A stretch of DNA of 51,639 nt, taken from Octopus bimaculoides. Its lineage: Eukaryota. A program made the position numbers and the translations under genes. Within the stretch, counting starts at the first letter, position 1. The number at the start of each line of letters is the position of its first letter. Shown here piece after piece: positions 51,363 to 51,639 of the stretch. The stretch spans positions 143,026,666-143,078,304 of the forward strand of contig NC_068982.1 of NCBI RefSeq assembly GCF_001194135.2. The letters run 5' to 3'. The notes below the pieces were generated by a model. The model was not told the origin of the DNA, searched no databases, and worked only from the letters and a program-made list of their open reading frames with translations.

Positions 51363-51639
51363 AAAATTCTCTTCAATTATAATTTCATTTAGTTCCAAGG
51401 CCAACATTTCTTTAAATTGGCATGGTGTAGTGTTAGGAAAACTTGCTGCTATTTTCAACTGGTTTTCTACCAAGTTATGCGTCCTTTGTGAGCTCGTATG
51501 ATTTTAAATTTGAAGACAATTAATTGAGACTCAAAATATTTGGCAAAAAGCCAAATTCCTTCGAGTACAACAACCCTTTCTCTATTTCTAATTTAAATAC
51601 TCAAAATTTTAACCTCCAGAATTCTGGAATTCATAACAC

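Overview
AT-rich, gappy eukaryotic scaffold: 13 N-runs, most flanked by (TA)n, and dense microsatellites. The repeat content resembles an octopus (coleoid cephalopod) genome; this is an inference from the tRNA-derived SINE families and simple-repeat load. No intact long ORF is present, and most ORF-track entries are microsatellite or gap artefacts. Recognisable elements are many SINEs (at least four families), a 5'-truncated R4/Dong-type REL LINE, two CR1/L2-type LINE remnants, a Tc1-type transposase remnant and a tRNA-Phe pseudogene. A few minus-strand exon candidates suggest the window is mostly intron. The most interesting signal is six minimal Penelope-type hammerhead ribozyme motifs. Four sit in pairs on the arms of two unrelated non-coding foldback elements (23342-23954, 46831-47123). 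The first has a tRNA-derived Pol III head and a 12-bp target-site duplication, so it looks like a hammerhead-bearing SINE/retrozyme. Other points of interest are a third foldback with an inverted spacer isomer, an AG|GTAAGT ratchet-point-like site, a pre-miRNA-like hairpin and SINE target-site reuse.
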